A stretch of 36,610 bases of DNA from Deltaproteobacteria bacterium. GTDB taxonomy: Bacteria > Desulfobacterota > Binatia > Binatales > Binataceae. The position numbers were made by a program, and so were the translations under genes. The notes beneath the pieces are model-generated. The model saw nothing but the letters and a program-made list of their open reading frames with translations, ran no database searches and had not been told where the DNA came from. How positions within the stretch are numbered: the first letter of the stretch is position 1; each line of letters begins with the position of its first letter. Below, one piece after another: positions 17,813-27,490 of this stretch. The stretch lies in assembly GCA_021799555.1 (NCBI GenBank), contig JAJZAG010000001.1:9674-46283 (forward strand). Reading direction: 5' to 3'.

Positions 17813-18910
17813 CTATTTGGCCTGAGATTGCGCCTTGGCGATCAGCCGCCGGAAGAGCCGCTCATAATTGTCGGCCATCACTTCAACTGTAAAGCGCGCG
17901 TCGAATTCGGCGCGGCATCCCTTGCGCGGCAGCGACGCCGCCTTGGCAACCGCCGCCACGAGCTCCTCAACCGTGGTGCCGATGATCCCCGACACTCCCG
18001 GCTTGATGATCTCGGGTACCGAGCCGCAGGGCCGCGCCACGACCGGAGTCCCACACGCCATCGACTCGATCATCGTAAGGCCGAACGGCTCGGGCCAATC
18101 GATCGGGAACATCAGTGCGAGGGCATTACCGAGAAACTCGTTCTTCTCGGTCTCGTTGATCTCGCCGATATATTCAATATCGGGCGGGGAGATTCGCGGC
18201 TCGACCACTGCTTCATAGTAGGCGCGATCGACGGGATCGACCTTGGCGGCGATCTTGAGTTGAATTCCGGCCTTGCGGGCAATCTCGATTGCGAGGTCGG
18301 GCCGTTTTTCCGGCGAGATCCGGCCAAGGAAGGCAAGGTACTTCCCCGGCCCCGGACTAAAGCTCAGCAGGTCATGCGGAAGGCCGTGGTAAATCGTTTC
18401 GACCCAGTTCATGAACGGGAGCGGAATACGCTGGGCGTCGCTGATCGACACCGCCGGAATCCACCGGTAGTGATTGTAGATCGGGCGCAAGTCCTCGATA
18501 TCGAGCCGCCCATGCATCGTGGCCACCGTCGGCGGGTACTTGATGAGCTGTGCGAAGGGAAAACTCCAGTAATCGATATGCGAATGAATTATGTCGAAAC
18601 GCGCGCGCGCGTTTTCATAAACATCGCCGACCATTGGAAGCTGCAAAAATGTCCCCAGGTCGGATTTTCCTGCCAGTCTCAGCGCGGTCGAATATCCGGG
18701 CGCGAGCTTCGCGCGGGTAACCGAATCCCCCGAGGCAAACAGGGTCACATCATGTCCGCGACGGACCAATTCCTCGGTCAGATACGAGACCACGCGCTCG
18801 GTGCCCCCGTAGAGCTTCGGTGGAACCCGCTCGAAGAGTGGCGCGATCTGGGCGATGCGAAGCGGACGCGAAGCAGGACTGCCTGGCGATGGATTATCGT
18901 TTTTGGCCAA
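17813..18910 (-). CDS. Glycosyltransferase family 4
   Basis: IAPLFERVPPKLYGGTERVV, LGRISPEK and EPFGLTMIESMACGTPV (E-X7-E). TTG start with GGAAGGAG SD. Confidence 0.9.
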   Translation of the reverse strand: MAKNDNPSPGSPASRPLRIAQIAPLFERVPPKLYGGTERVVSYLTEELVRRGHDVTLFASGDSVTRAKLAPGYSTALRLAGKSDLGTFLQLPMVGDVYENARARFDIIHSHIDYWSFPFAQLIKYPPTVATMHGRLDIEDLRPIYNHYRWIPAVSISDAQRIPLPFMNWVETIYHGLPHDLLSFSPGPGKYLAFLGRISPEKRPDLAIEIARKAGIQLKIAAKVDPVDRAYYEAVVEPRISPPDIEYIGEINETEKNEFLGNALALMFPIDWPEPFGLTMIESMACGTPVVARPCGSVPEIIKPGVSGIIGTTVEELVAAVAKAASLPRKGCRAEFDARFTVEVMADNYERLFRRLIAKAQSQAK

Positions 18911-19304
18911 TCTTGGTTTCTCCTTCCTGAATGCCGGATCGACAGAATACTATAGATGCGGCTAAGCGCGCATGCCCCATCGCGACCGCTCACGATTATG
19001 CCAGCATAGCCGAATTCGCAAAAGATCAAGAGGCCACCGCGGTGAGAATATCAACCGGATGCGCGCGTGACGTGGCGCGGACCGGCCGGATTGGAATCGA
19101 CCTGTTCTATTGAGCGCGCTGGCTACGCCCAGGTGGAATCGGCATTATGTAAGCGTGGTAGCGCCACGTTGCGATGGACTGACCGGCAGGCGCTAGCCGA
19201 TTTGGCCGGGTTCACCTGGCGGGGGCGGCGGGCGGCTTTGCTTGAAGGCGGCGGCTGATTTATCCGGGGGTTCTTCTTTACGGAGCGCAAGGATTAACGC
19301 AGGC

Positions 19305-21752
19305 ATGGCTGTTCCTCCACTTTCCGATGCAAATCGTGATCTGTTCATCGCGCTGATCGAACATCACATCCGATTCACGCTGGCCAAGCGGCGTATCGAG
19401 CTGACCAAGCATGATTGGTATCGCGCGACCGCGATGGTGGTGCGCGACATGCTGATCGAAAAGATGCTAATGACGAGCCGCCGCTTCGAGCAGCATCGGT
19501 CAAAAAAGCTTTACTATCTGTCGCTGGAGTTTTTGATTGGACGCTCGCTCGAGAACAACCTCTTGAATCTTGGTATCATCGAAATCTGCCGAGAATTTCT
19601 TGCCGAGAGTGGAATCGATTTGCAGGTCCTGTTCGACGAGGAACCTGACGCGGCGCTCGGCAACGGGGGCCTCGGACGGCTGGCCGCATGCTTTCTGGAT
19701 TCGCTCGCGACGATGGACTTGCCCGGATACGCGTACGGGATCAATTACGAATACGGATTGTTTCGGCAGGAGATACGCGGCGGCTATCAGGTCGAGCGCC
19801 CGGACGCATGGCAGCGCGAAACTTCGCCGTGGCTCGTGGCGCGTCCCGAAGAGCTGTGCCGAATTCCGGTTTACGGACGAATCGAGGACCGGTTCGACGG
19901 CACCGGTGAGTACGTTCCGGCGTGGGTCGATCAACGGATCATTGTCGGGGTGCCGTCGGATTTACCGATCGCGGGTTTTGGGGGAAACACCGTCAACTTT
20001 GTCCGGCTCTATTCGGCGCATGCCTCGGACGAGTTCGACATGCAGATCTTCAACGCCGGCGACTACGTTAAAGCCGTCGAGCAGAAAATGCTCTCCGAGA
20101 CGATCTCGAAAGTGCTGTATCCGTCGGACGCGGTCGCGGCTGGACGCGAGCTGCGGCTTTTGCAGGAGTATTTCTTTGTGGCGTGCGCGGTACGCGATAT
20201 CGTGCGTTCGTTTCTCGCCCGCGGCGAGGATCTTATAGATTTCCCGGCACAAGTTGCTATTCAGCTCAATGACACGCATCCTGCACTGACTATTGCCGAG
20301 CTGATGCGGACGTTTATCGACGAATATGACCTGCCTTGGGCGATCGCATGGGAGATCACCCGCAGCGCAGTGGCGTATACGAATCATACACTAATGCCGG
20401 AGGCGCTCGAGCGATGGCCGGTCGAGCTTCTGGGCCGCGTACTTCCGCGTCATCTGCAAATCATCCGAGAGATCAATCGCAGATTTCTCGCGGCGGCTGC
20501 AGAGCGATGGCCAGGCGATTCGGACCGGTTTCGCCGCATCTCGATCTTCCAGGACGATCATGAGCATCAGGTCCGGATGGCGCACCTCGCGATCGTCGGC
20601 AGCCATTCGGTCAACGGCGTGTCCAAGCTGCATACACAACTGGTGAAGACGCGTCTGGTACCCGACTTTTACGAGATGTGGCCTGAGCGATTCAACAACA
20701 AAACCAACGGGGTAACGCAGCGCCGCTGGCTGCTGATGGCGAATCCGGCCCTCGCGGCGCTGCTCGACACGACCATCGGCACAGGCTGGGCAACCGCTCT
20801 TGAAGAGCTTGCCGGCGTGGAGCAATTCGCCGACGACAGCGCGTTTCAACAGTCTTTTATCGCGATCAAGCGTGGGAACAAGGAGCGCCTCGCGCGGATC
20901 GTCAACCGGATCGCGGCGGTGGATTTCGATCCTTCCGCGAGTTTCGACATCCAGGCCAAGCGTATCCACGAGTACAAGCGCCAACTGCTGATGGCGCTCG
21001 GTATCGTGCATCAGTACCTGCGAATTGTCGAGGACGGCGCCGAACCGCCGGCGCCGCGCGCGTACATCCTCGCCGGCAAGGCCGCGCCCGGCTATTGGGC
21101 AGCGAAGATGATCATCAAGCTGATCAACAGCCTTGGCGACGTGATCAACAACGACCCGAAGACTCGCGAGATGATCAAGGTGGCGTTTCTGCCTGACTAC
21201 CGGGTGTCGCTGGCGGAAAAGATCATTCCGGCGGCGGATATATCCGAGCAAATATCAACGGCGGGACGCGAGGCGTCGGGAACCGGGAACATGAAGTTTG
21301 CGATGAACGGCGCACTCACGATTGGAACGCTCGACGGCGCTAATATCGAGATTCGCGATGCGGTTGGCGCGGAAAATATATTTATCTTCGGGCTGACGGC
21401 CGAGCGGATAGAATCGATGACCGCCGCAAATGAGTATCATCCGCGGGACTACTATGAGTCCGATCCACGCCTTAAACGAGTATTGGACGAACTTGCCTCC
21501 GATCGATTCTGCGCCGGTGAACCAGGTCTGTTCCGATGGGTGCGCGACGCACTGCTCGAGCGCGACGAGTATTTTCTCATGGCGGACTTCGCGTCATATA
21601 TCGATACTCAGTCCGAGATATCGGCCGAATACCAGGATTCGCAAGCCTGGACTCGCAAGGCGATCCTTAATCTGGCGCGAATCGGGCGCTTTTCGAGCGA
21701 TCGCGCCGTCTCCGAATACGCGCGCGAAATCTGGAAGCTGAAGCAGGCGTAA
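19305..21752 (+). CDS. glgP: Glycogen/starch/alpha-glucan phosphorylase (classical GlgP/MalP type)
   Basis: YLSLEFLIGR, LGNGGLGRLAACFLDS, QLNDTHP, KTNGVTQRRW, KRIHEYKRQ and PLP motif EASGTGNMK. ATG 19305 preferred. Confidence 0.95.
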   Translation: MAVPPLSDANRDLFIALIEHHIRFTLAKRRIELTKHDWYRATAMVVRDMLIEKMLMTSRRFEQHRSKKLYYLSLEFLIGRSLENNLLNLGIIEICREFLAESGIDLQVLFDEEPDAALGNGGLGRLAACFLDSLATMDLPGYAYGINYEYGLFRQEIRGGYQVERPDAWQRETSPWLVARPEELCRIPVYGRIEDRFDGTGEYVPAWVDQRIIVGVPSDLPIAGFGGNTVNFVRLYSAHASDEFDMQIFNAGDYVKAVEQKMLSETISKVLYPSDAVAAGRELRLLQEYFFVACAVRDIVRSFLARGEDLIDFPAQVAIQLNDTHPALTIAELMRTFIDEYDLPWAIAWEITRSAVAYTNHTLMPEALERWPVELLGRVLPRHLQIIREINRRFLAAAAERWPGDSDRFRRISIFQDDHEHQVRMAHLAIVGSHSVNGVSKLHTQLVKTRLVPDFYEMWPERFNNKTNGVTQRRWLLMANPALAALLDTTIGTGWATALEELAGVEQFADDSAFQQSFIAIKRGNKERLARIVNRIAAVDFDPSASFDIQAKRIHEYKRQLLMALGIVHQYLRIVEDGAEPPAPRAYILAGKAAPGYWAAKMIIKLINSLGDVINNDPKTREMIKVAFLPDYRVSLAEKIIPAADISEQISTAGREASGTGNMKFAMNGALTIGTLDGANIEIRDAVGAENIFIFGLTAERIESMTAANEYHPRDYYESDPRLKRVLDELASDRFCAGEPGLFRWVRDALLERDEYFLMADFASYIDTQSEISAEYQDSQAWTRKAILNLARIGRFSSDRAVSEYAREIWKLKQA

Positions 21753-21785
21753 TCCCGCGCAGCCGCATCAAAGCGGCCGACGGGA
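21753..21785. terminator. GC-rich hairpin between convergent genes (possible terminator or stabiliser)
   Basis: TCCCG/CGGGA and GCCGC/GCGGC stems immediately after the glgP stop. No U-tract. Confidence 0.3.
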
Positions 21786-21804
21786 GCGGCGCGCGGTCTC
21801 AGCG

Positions 21805-22986
21805 CTATAATCCACGGGCTTCGGGAAAAATTCGCAGGAAGTTTTCCGCGTAAAAGCGGTTGCGTATCTCGTCCGGTCGGCTGCCCAGCGCGGCCTCGAA
21901 GCGCGCGATCGGATTGCGTCCCCCCTCGGTATGCGGATAGTCGCTCGAAAAGAGGTAAAGTTCCGGGTTTGATTGATCGATCAGGGATCCGACGTCTTCG
22001 AAGACAAACGGCGTGAACGCGATCTGCTCGGTCAACTGTTCCGATGGCTTGCGCTTAAACTTGGCGAGATTGAGGTCGGTTTTACGCCAATGCTGCACCA
22101 CCCAGTCCAGCCGGACCAGCAGGGACGGCACCCATCCGGCACCGAGTTCCACGCTGGCTCCGCGCAGATTTGGAAAGCGTTCGAATACCCCGTCAACCAG
22201 CATCATTGTCAGAAACGTTTCCGGCCCCTGATGCAGGACCGCGACATCCTTGGTGCGCAGATTCTCGCCGCCACCCATCCAGTCTTTGACCGGCGGCCGT
22301 CCGTTGTTCGTCCACGCCTTGCCTAGCTGAAGCGGCGAGCCGCCGACGTGCAGAACAAACGGGACGCCTGCTGTCGCTAGACGCTCCCAGAACGGATCTA
22401 GCGCGACATGGCCGGGTGAGCGATCGCCGCAGGCCCGATGTGGAACCCACACGGCTTTGAGATCGCTTCTGATCGCGAAATCGAGCTCTTCAAGCGCGAG
22501 CGCGGGATCATCGAGCGGCACGATCGCGACACCCAGCAGCCGCTTGTCGCGCGCGCAAAACTCAGCCATATGGCGGTTGTGCGCGCGCGTCGCACCGTAG
22601 CGGAGCCGCAGAGAAGTCTTTGAGCTCGGCGAAAACGACATCGCCACGCTGTGGGTAGCGAACACGAGCTGGCTGCGAAAGCCGAGCATATCGAGCGCAA
22701 CCGATCGCTCCAGACTATCGAATGCGCCCAGTGCCTGAATTTCCTTGACGCGCTCGATCAGATGATCGCCAAGGCCGATCAGATCGGCGACATGCTGTTC
22801 GCTATGGCGGCCGCCGCGCGCCATGATTTCGGCGACTTCCGCGTCGGTCACTATCGATGCGCTATAGCTCACCGCCGGAATTTCGTCGCGTAGATCCGGG
22901 TCGGCGTAGCGTTTGAGAAAATCAGGCAGCTCCATAATATGGCTGTCGGCATCATAAATCGGCCGAATATCGGGTGCGTATGCCAT
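21805..22986 (-). CDS. Amidohydrolase family protein (Amidohydro_2)
   Basis: DADSHIME, LHVG, VELGAGWVP, FSSDYPHTEG. GGAGG SD precedes ATG 22986. Confidence 0.85.
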   Translation of the reverse strand: MAYAPDIRPIYDADSHIMELPDFLKRYADPDLRDEIPAVSYSASIVTDAEVAEIMARGGRHSEQHVADLIGLGDHLIERVKEIQALGAFDSLERSVALDMLGFRSQLVFATHSVAMSFSPSSKTSLRLRYGATRAHNRHMAEFCARDKRLLGVAIVPLDDPALALEELDFAIRSDLKAVWVPHRACGDRSPGHVALDPFWERLATAGVPFVLHVGGSPLQLGKAWTNNGRPPVKDWMGGGENLRTKDVAVLHQGPETFLTMMLVDGVFERFPNLRGASVELGAGWVPSLLVRLDWVVQHWRKTDLNLAKFKRKPSEQLTEQIAFTPFVFEDVGSLIDQSNPELYLFSSDYPHTEGGRNPIARFEAALGSRPDEIRNRFYAENFLRIFPEARGL

Positions 22987-23101
22987 CGCGGCGCCTCCGG
23001 AATTTATGGCGGTCAGAACCCGCGACGGATTCAATCACGAATGCGGCCCGGCTTCCAAACAAATGCGCGGAGTTAGTCGGTTCGATCGGACCCGCGGATG
23101 C

Positions 23102-23959
23102 TCATCCACGCTTCATGGCCTCGAAGCCGCCGATCAGGTCCAGAATTTCGGTGGTGATCGCCTCTTGCCGCATCCTGCGCAGGTTTCTGTTCAGTTCCTT
23201 CGTCTTGCCAGAGATATTTTCGTGGGCGGCTTCCATAGTGCGGAAACGGGCCGCGTTTTCGCTCGCAAACGAGTCCATCGCGGCAGCTTCGAGGATTGCG
23301 AACATGTATTCGGAGGCAATTTCGTCAAGCAGACGACGCGGTTTCACGTTCACAAGCGGCGGGATGGCGGCCGACGCTTGTTTGCCGGGGGGAACTTCGA
23401 GTGGAAAGAGCTGGAGCGTAACTAGACTCGGACGCTGGCCGGCCGACTCGCGAATGAAGATCGCTTCGGCGTTCGTGAGTGCGCCGGAGAGCAAGCGGCT
23501 ATAGAGCGCAGCGGCAAGCCGATGCGCAGCCGCCGTCACCGCGCCGCTGTGGGTGGCCATCGGAAGCGTAAGTGTCGAGGCGATCCCGCGTTCGGCGGCA
23601 CGCTGCGCGCCTCGAGTTCCGACGAAAATCAGTTCGATCGCGGGATCCTTTCGGACCGCTTGGGTGGCTGCTTCGATAAGTGGCTGATTGAAAGCGCCGC
23701 AAAACCCGTGTTCCGAACAGAAAACGACCAGACCACGGTGCACAATCGCGCCCGCCGCCGCACGATCGCCGTCGGCCGGTACGAGAGTAGCCGCTTCCAT
23801 GAGAGCATTGCGGATAATATCGGCGTAGTTGCGAATCGCGTCGATCGAGCGCTGACTCTGTTGCATCTGCACGGCGGCGATCGCGCGCAGCGCCGCGACT
23901 ATTTCAAGCAACTCGGTTAGAGAAGCGATTTGGGTCGCGATTTCCTGAGTCCGTGCCAT
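23102..23959 (-). CDS. atpG: N-type ATPase gamma subunit
   Basis: SEHGFCGAFN, SENAARFRTMEAA, RQEAITTEILDL. Last gene of atpDCQRBEFAG. Confidence 0.93.
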   Translation of the reverse strand: MARTQEIATQIASLTELLEIVAALRAIAAVQMQQSQRSIDAIRNYADIIRNALMEAATLVPADGDRAAAGAIVHRGLVVFCSEHGFCGAFNQPLIEAATQAVRKDPAIELIFVGTRGAQRAAERGIASTLTLPMATHSGAVTAAAHRLAAALYSRLLSGALTNAEAIFIRESAGQRPSLVTLQLFPLEVPPGKQASAAIPPLVNVKPRRLLDEIASEYMFAILEAAAMDSFASENAARFRTMEAAHENISGKTKELNRNLRRMRQEAITTEILDLIGGFEAMKRG

Positions 23960-23971
23960 CGGATCCGGCTG

Positions 23972-25537
23972 CTAGCTTGAGGCGCTTGCGGCGGAAGACG
24001 CCGGAGTCGCGCCGACGCGGGCGACCAGTTCCGTCATCAGGTTGCGCAGGGCCGCGCGTGTGCCGTCATCGAGATCGCCGGTCGATTTGATTGCCTCGAT
24101 CGGGGCTGCGCCCTCTTCGTCGAGCCATTTGGCGAGCGAGTTGCGCAGCTTGGTGACCTGATCGAGCGGCAATGGATCGAGTAGCCCCTCGTTAAGCGCC
24201 AGCAACAGGGCGACTTGATGCGGCATCGTAAGCCCTGAGCATCGCGGTTGCGTGAGCACGGTGCGGATTCGGCGGCCATGCTCGATTATGCGGCGGGTGC
24301 GTTCGTCAATCATCCCACCGAAGCGCGTGAAAATTTCGAGTTCGAGAAACTGTGCGTACTCGAGCCGCAGATTTTCCGAAAGCTTGCGCATCGCCGGCGC
24401 CTGGGTCTTACCGCCCACGCGCGAGACGCTTTTGCCTACATTGATCGCAGGCTTCTGTCCCTCTTGGAAAAGGCGCGGCTCGAGAACGATCTGACCGTCA
24501 GTGATCGAGATCAGGTTGGTGGGGATGTACGCTGAAATATTGCCCTCCTCGGTTGTGGCGATCGGCAGAGCAGTTAGCGATCCGCCGCCGCGCTCGTGGC
24601 TCAACTTGGCCGCGCGTTCGAGCAGGCGCGAATGAATGTAGAAGATGTCGCCGGGGTACGCTTCGCGCCCAGGCGGATTTCGCAGCAGCAGCGAAAGCTG
24701 GCGGTAGATCACAGCGTGGCTGGTCAGGTCGTCGACTACCAGCAGCGCATCGCCGCCGCGCTCGCTGAAATATTCCGCCATCGAGCACGCCGCGTAGGGA
24801 GCGAGCCATTGCAATCCCGGAGGGTCATCGGAAGCGGCGATGACGAAGATGCATCGCTCCATCGCGCCGAATTGTTTAACCGTTTCGATTACCTGCGCGA
24901 CCGACGACGTCTTCTGGCCGACGGCGCAATAGACGCAGATAACTCCGGAATCGCGCTGATTTACGATCGTATCGACGGCGATCGCGGTTTTACCGGTTTC
25001 GCGATCGCCGATTATCAACTCGCGCTGCCCGCGGCCGAGCGCGAGCATCGAATCGATCGCGACGATACCGGTCTCGAGCGCCTTGGCTACGAGTTCACGC
25101 TCGATAATACCCGGCGCCGGTCTTTCGACCGGATAGAATTCGGCCGCAGCCAAATCCGGCCCGCCATCGAGCGGGATTGCGAGCGGGTTGAGCACCCGAC
25201 CGAGCAGTTTTTCGCCGACCGGCACGCGCGCGACCGAGCCGGTTCCGCGCACGCGGCTTCCCGCCGCGATTGCGTCGGCCGGACCGAGCATCGCGCACCC
25301 GATCAGGTTGGGGTCAAGCGCCAGCGCCATTCCAGCGACGCTCTTCGAGCCGTCGTTTGGTTCAAACATCAGCAATTCGCCAAGCCGGGTCGCGGGTAGA
25401 CCGGAGACCGTGGCGACGTCGTCGCCGATACTCTCGACGCGGCCTAAGAGATCCAACGAGGGTTTGGGCGTCAGGCTATCGAGGCGCCGCGCCGCCTCGC
25501 CGAGTTGGCGCGCGACATTCTCAGCCAGCGTGCTCAT
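23972..25537 (-). CDS. atpA: N-type ATPase alpha subunit
   Basis: GRGQRELIIGDRETGKT, PPGREAYPGDIFYIHSRLLERA, YIPTNLISITDGQI, SVSRVGG. Confidence 0.96.
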   Translation of the reverse strand: MSTLAENVARQLGEAARRLDSLTPKPSLDLLGRVESIGDDVATVSGLPATRLGELLMFEPNDGSKSVAGMALALDPNLIGCAMLGPADAIAAGSRVRGTGSVARVPVGEKLLGRVLNPLAIPLDGGPDLAAAEFYPVERPAPGIIERELVAKALETGIVAIDSMLALGRGQRELIIGDRETGKTAIAVDTIVNQRDSGVICVYCAVGQKTSSVAQVIETVKQFGAMERCIFVIAASDDPPGLQWLAPYAACSMAEYFSERGGDALLVVDDLTSHAVIYRQLSLLLRNPPGREAYPGDIFYIHSRLLERAAKLSHERGGGSLTALPIATTEEGNISAYIPTNLISITDGQIVLEPRLFQEGQKPAINVGKSVSRVGGKTQAPAMRKLSENLRLEYAQFLELEIFTRFGGMIDERTRRIIEHGRRIRTVLTQPRCSGLTMPHQVALLLALNEGLLDPLPLDQVTKLRNSLAKWLDEEGAAPIEAIKSTGDLDDGTRAALRNLMTELVARVGATPASSAASASS

Positions 25538-26279
25538 TTTGAGCCAACTCCCGCTCCGCCTGATTCAGCGCGTCACGCCAACTGAAGCGGAGGATCGCTC
25601 GGGGAAACTTTAGCTCCGCGCCGGCAATAAGTTCCGCGTCCGATGAGAACTCGATTCGCGATCGGGCGCCGAACCGCTCGCAAAGGGCCGCGCGCCATTT
25701 CTCAGCGGCCTCGGAATCCAGCGGAGCCGCGGTTGTAACGAGCAACTGGTGGTCGTCGTGCGCGGCGTCGCCCAGCAGCTCGGCGCGCTCCACGGCGGAA
25801 AGCTGGTCCAGATGGTCAAGCACGCGTGCCAGAAATAGATCCTCCATACACGGCGCGGGAAACTGCTGCAAAAGGCGCTGCGCAATGCGGACGGCAATCT
25901 GTATCGACTGTGCAAACACTTGTTGCGAGGCGAGATTGCGCTCTTCTTCGAGGCGCTTGAGCGCCGCGGCTTTGAGTTTTTCCGCGTCCGCGCGCGCAGC
26001 CTCCACCATCGCGGATCGTTCGTCGGCAAGCTGGGCGCGCGCGCGATCTAAGATCGCCTGACGCTCGGATTCAATTTGCAACTTTTGCGCCTCGAAATCC
26101 TTGCGCGCTTGCTCCGCGGCGGTTCGCGCAGCAGCCGCCTGCGCCTGTGCACTCGCGATTTCTTCCTTGCGGCGCGCGATAATCGCGCCCACAGGCCTAA
26201 AGAGGAATCGCTTCAGCAGCCAGACCAGAACCAGGAAGTTGATCGCCTGAAGCGCAAACGTTGACCAACTAAAGGACAT
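25521..26279 (-). CDS. atpF: N-type ATPase b subunit (extended, delta-like C terminus)
   Basis: W.TFALQAINFLVLVWLLKRFLFRP, coiled coil, then VTTAAPL...LIAGAEL...FSW. 252 aa. No separate atpH in the operon. Confidence 0.92.
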   Translation of the reverse strand: MSFSWSTFALQAINFLVLVWLLKRFLFRPVGAIIARRKEEIASAQAQAAAARTAAEQARKDFEAQKLQIESERQAILDRARAQLADERSAMVEAARADAEKLKAAALKRLEEERNLASQQVFAQSIQIAVRIAQRLLQQFPAPCMEDLFLARVLDHLDQLSAVERAELLGDAAHDDHQLLVTTAAPLDSEAAEKWRAALCERFGARSRIEFSSDAELIAGAELKFPRAILRFSWRDALNQAERELAQNEHAG

Positions 26280-26524
26280 CAGCGAACCGCGTAAGGATTT
26301 GCGAACAGCAGCAAGAGAGCCACCACCAAGCAGTAGATCGCCATCGTCTCGATCATTGCCAGGCCGACGAACAGGGTGCGCGACAGCGCACCCGCCGATT
26401 CCGGCTGCCGTGCAATGCCGTCCATCGCGGCGACGATTGCGCGGCCTTCGGCGAGCGCCGGACTAATCGAGCCGACCATCACCGCCAGCGCGGCGCCGAT
26501 TATGCTTACCATCTGCACAGTCAT
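26279..26524 (-). CDS. atpE: N-type ATPase c subunit (81 aa)
   Basis: ATG 26524 with GGAGG SD. PALAEGRA..ARQPE..GLAMIETMAIY..LLFANP. Confidence 0.95.
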   Translation of the reverse strand: MTVQMVSIIGAALAVMVGSISPALAEGRAIVAAMDGIARQPESAGALSRTLFVGLAMIETMAIYCLVVALLLLFANPYAVR

Positions 26525-26540
26525 ACCAAAACCTCCATTG

Positions 26541-27209
26541 CTACCTTTCGATTGCGCCGACTGCACCGCCGATATAGACGGCGGCGAGCACCGTGAATAT
26601 GTATGCCTGCACAAGGCCGACCAGGATTTCGAACGCCATAAACGGAATCGGAACCAGCAGCCCAGCCAGAGCTATTACTATCGCAACTACCAATTCGTCA
26701 CTCATTATGTTCCCGAACAATCGCATCATTAGCGAAAATGACCGCGTGAACTCCGACAGAATATTCAGCGGGAGCAACATAGGGTTCGGCTTCAGGTACC
26801 CTTTCAGATATTCGCCGAGCCCGTGCTGGCGAACCCCAAACACGTGCACGGAGAAAAATACTATCGTCGCCAGCGCCGCAGGAGTCTCGATCGACGCCGT
26901 GGGCGCGCGCACTCCTGGCAACAATTCCGACAGGTTCGCAACCACCAGGAAGATAAACAGAGATCCCAGAAGAGGAAGGAATGGCGCAGGATCGCGATTG
27001 ACTATAGCGCGGACCTGATCTTCGATCGCTCCGACTAGAGTCTCGACGATCGCCTGCAATCCGTCGGGAATTAGTTGCAAGCGCCGCGTCGCATAGCGGC
27101 TGGCGATAACCAAAGCAACAATCAGCGCCCACGTGGTAACGACGGTTCCGGTAATCACAACCGGTCCGATTTGGAATACCGCAACCGCTTCCAGGGGGGA
27201 CCGACTCAT
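26541..27209 (-). CDS. atpB: N-type ATPase a subunit
   Basis: Starts MSRSPLE with an ATGA overlap and AAGGAG SD. Essential Arg in SLMMRLFGN, plus VQAYIFTVL. Confidence 0.95.
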   Translation of the reverse strand: MSRSPLEAVAVFQIGPVVITGTVVTTWALIVALVIASRYATRRLQLIPDGLQAIVETLVGAIEDQVRAIVNRDPAPFLPLLGSLFIFLVVANLSELLPGVRAPTASIETPAALATIVFFSVHVFGVRQHGLGEYLKGYLKPNPMLLPLNILSEFTRSFSLMMRLFGNIMSDELVVAIVIALAGLLVPIPFMAFEILVGLVQAYIFTVLAAVYIGGAVGAIER

Positions 27210-27490
27210 CGCGCCGCTCCTTCCGTGAGTGCCCGGCCACGGACGGTGTAAACCTTTGCCAACTGGAAACCGATGAGGACTGAGAGCAAAGCGCCGGGGC
27301 CGAACTTTGCGGCAGCGGTGAAAACAACGGCCGCGCCCACCCAGCGCAGCGCATGGATGAAGATGGCAAGTCTTCCGCCGGAGAGGCCGCAGTAGAGCCG
27401 GACATTCCACTCGAGCGCGCCCAGAAACGCGAACGCAAATGCCGCCCCGAGAGCCAGGAACCCGAGCAGATTAAAAACGGCGATATTCAT
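27206..27490 (-). CDS. atpR: N-ATPase-specific subunit AtpR
   Basis: 94 aa, three TM segments with membrane-adjacent Arg residues (WNVRLY, HALRW). Position between atpQ and atpB, with ATGA overlaps on both sides. Confidence 0.8.
   Translation of the reverse strand: MNIAVFNLLGFLALGAAFAFAFLGALEWNVRLYCGLSGGRLAIFIHALRWVGAAVVFTAAAKFGPGALLSVLIGFQLAKVYTVRGRALTEGAAR

Noticed and set aside
18988-19242. sigma54-like sites in the GT4/glgP intergenic region (TGGCATAATCGTGAGC on minus, CGGCGGGCGGCTTTGCT on plus)
   Set aside because: GG-to-GC spacing is 11 nt, not the obligatory 10.
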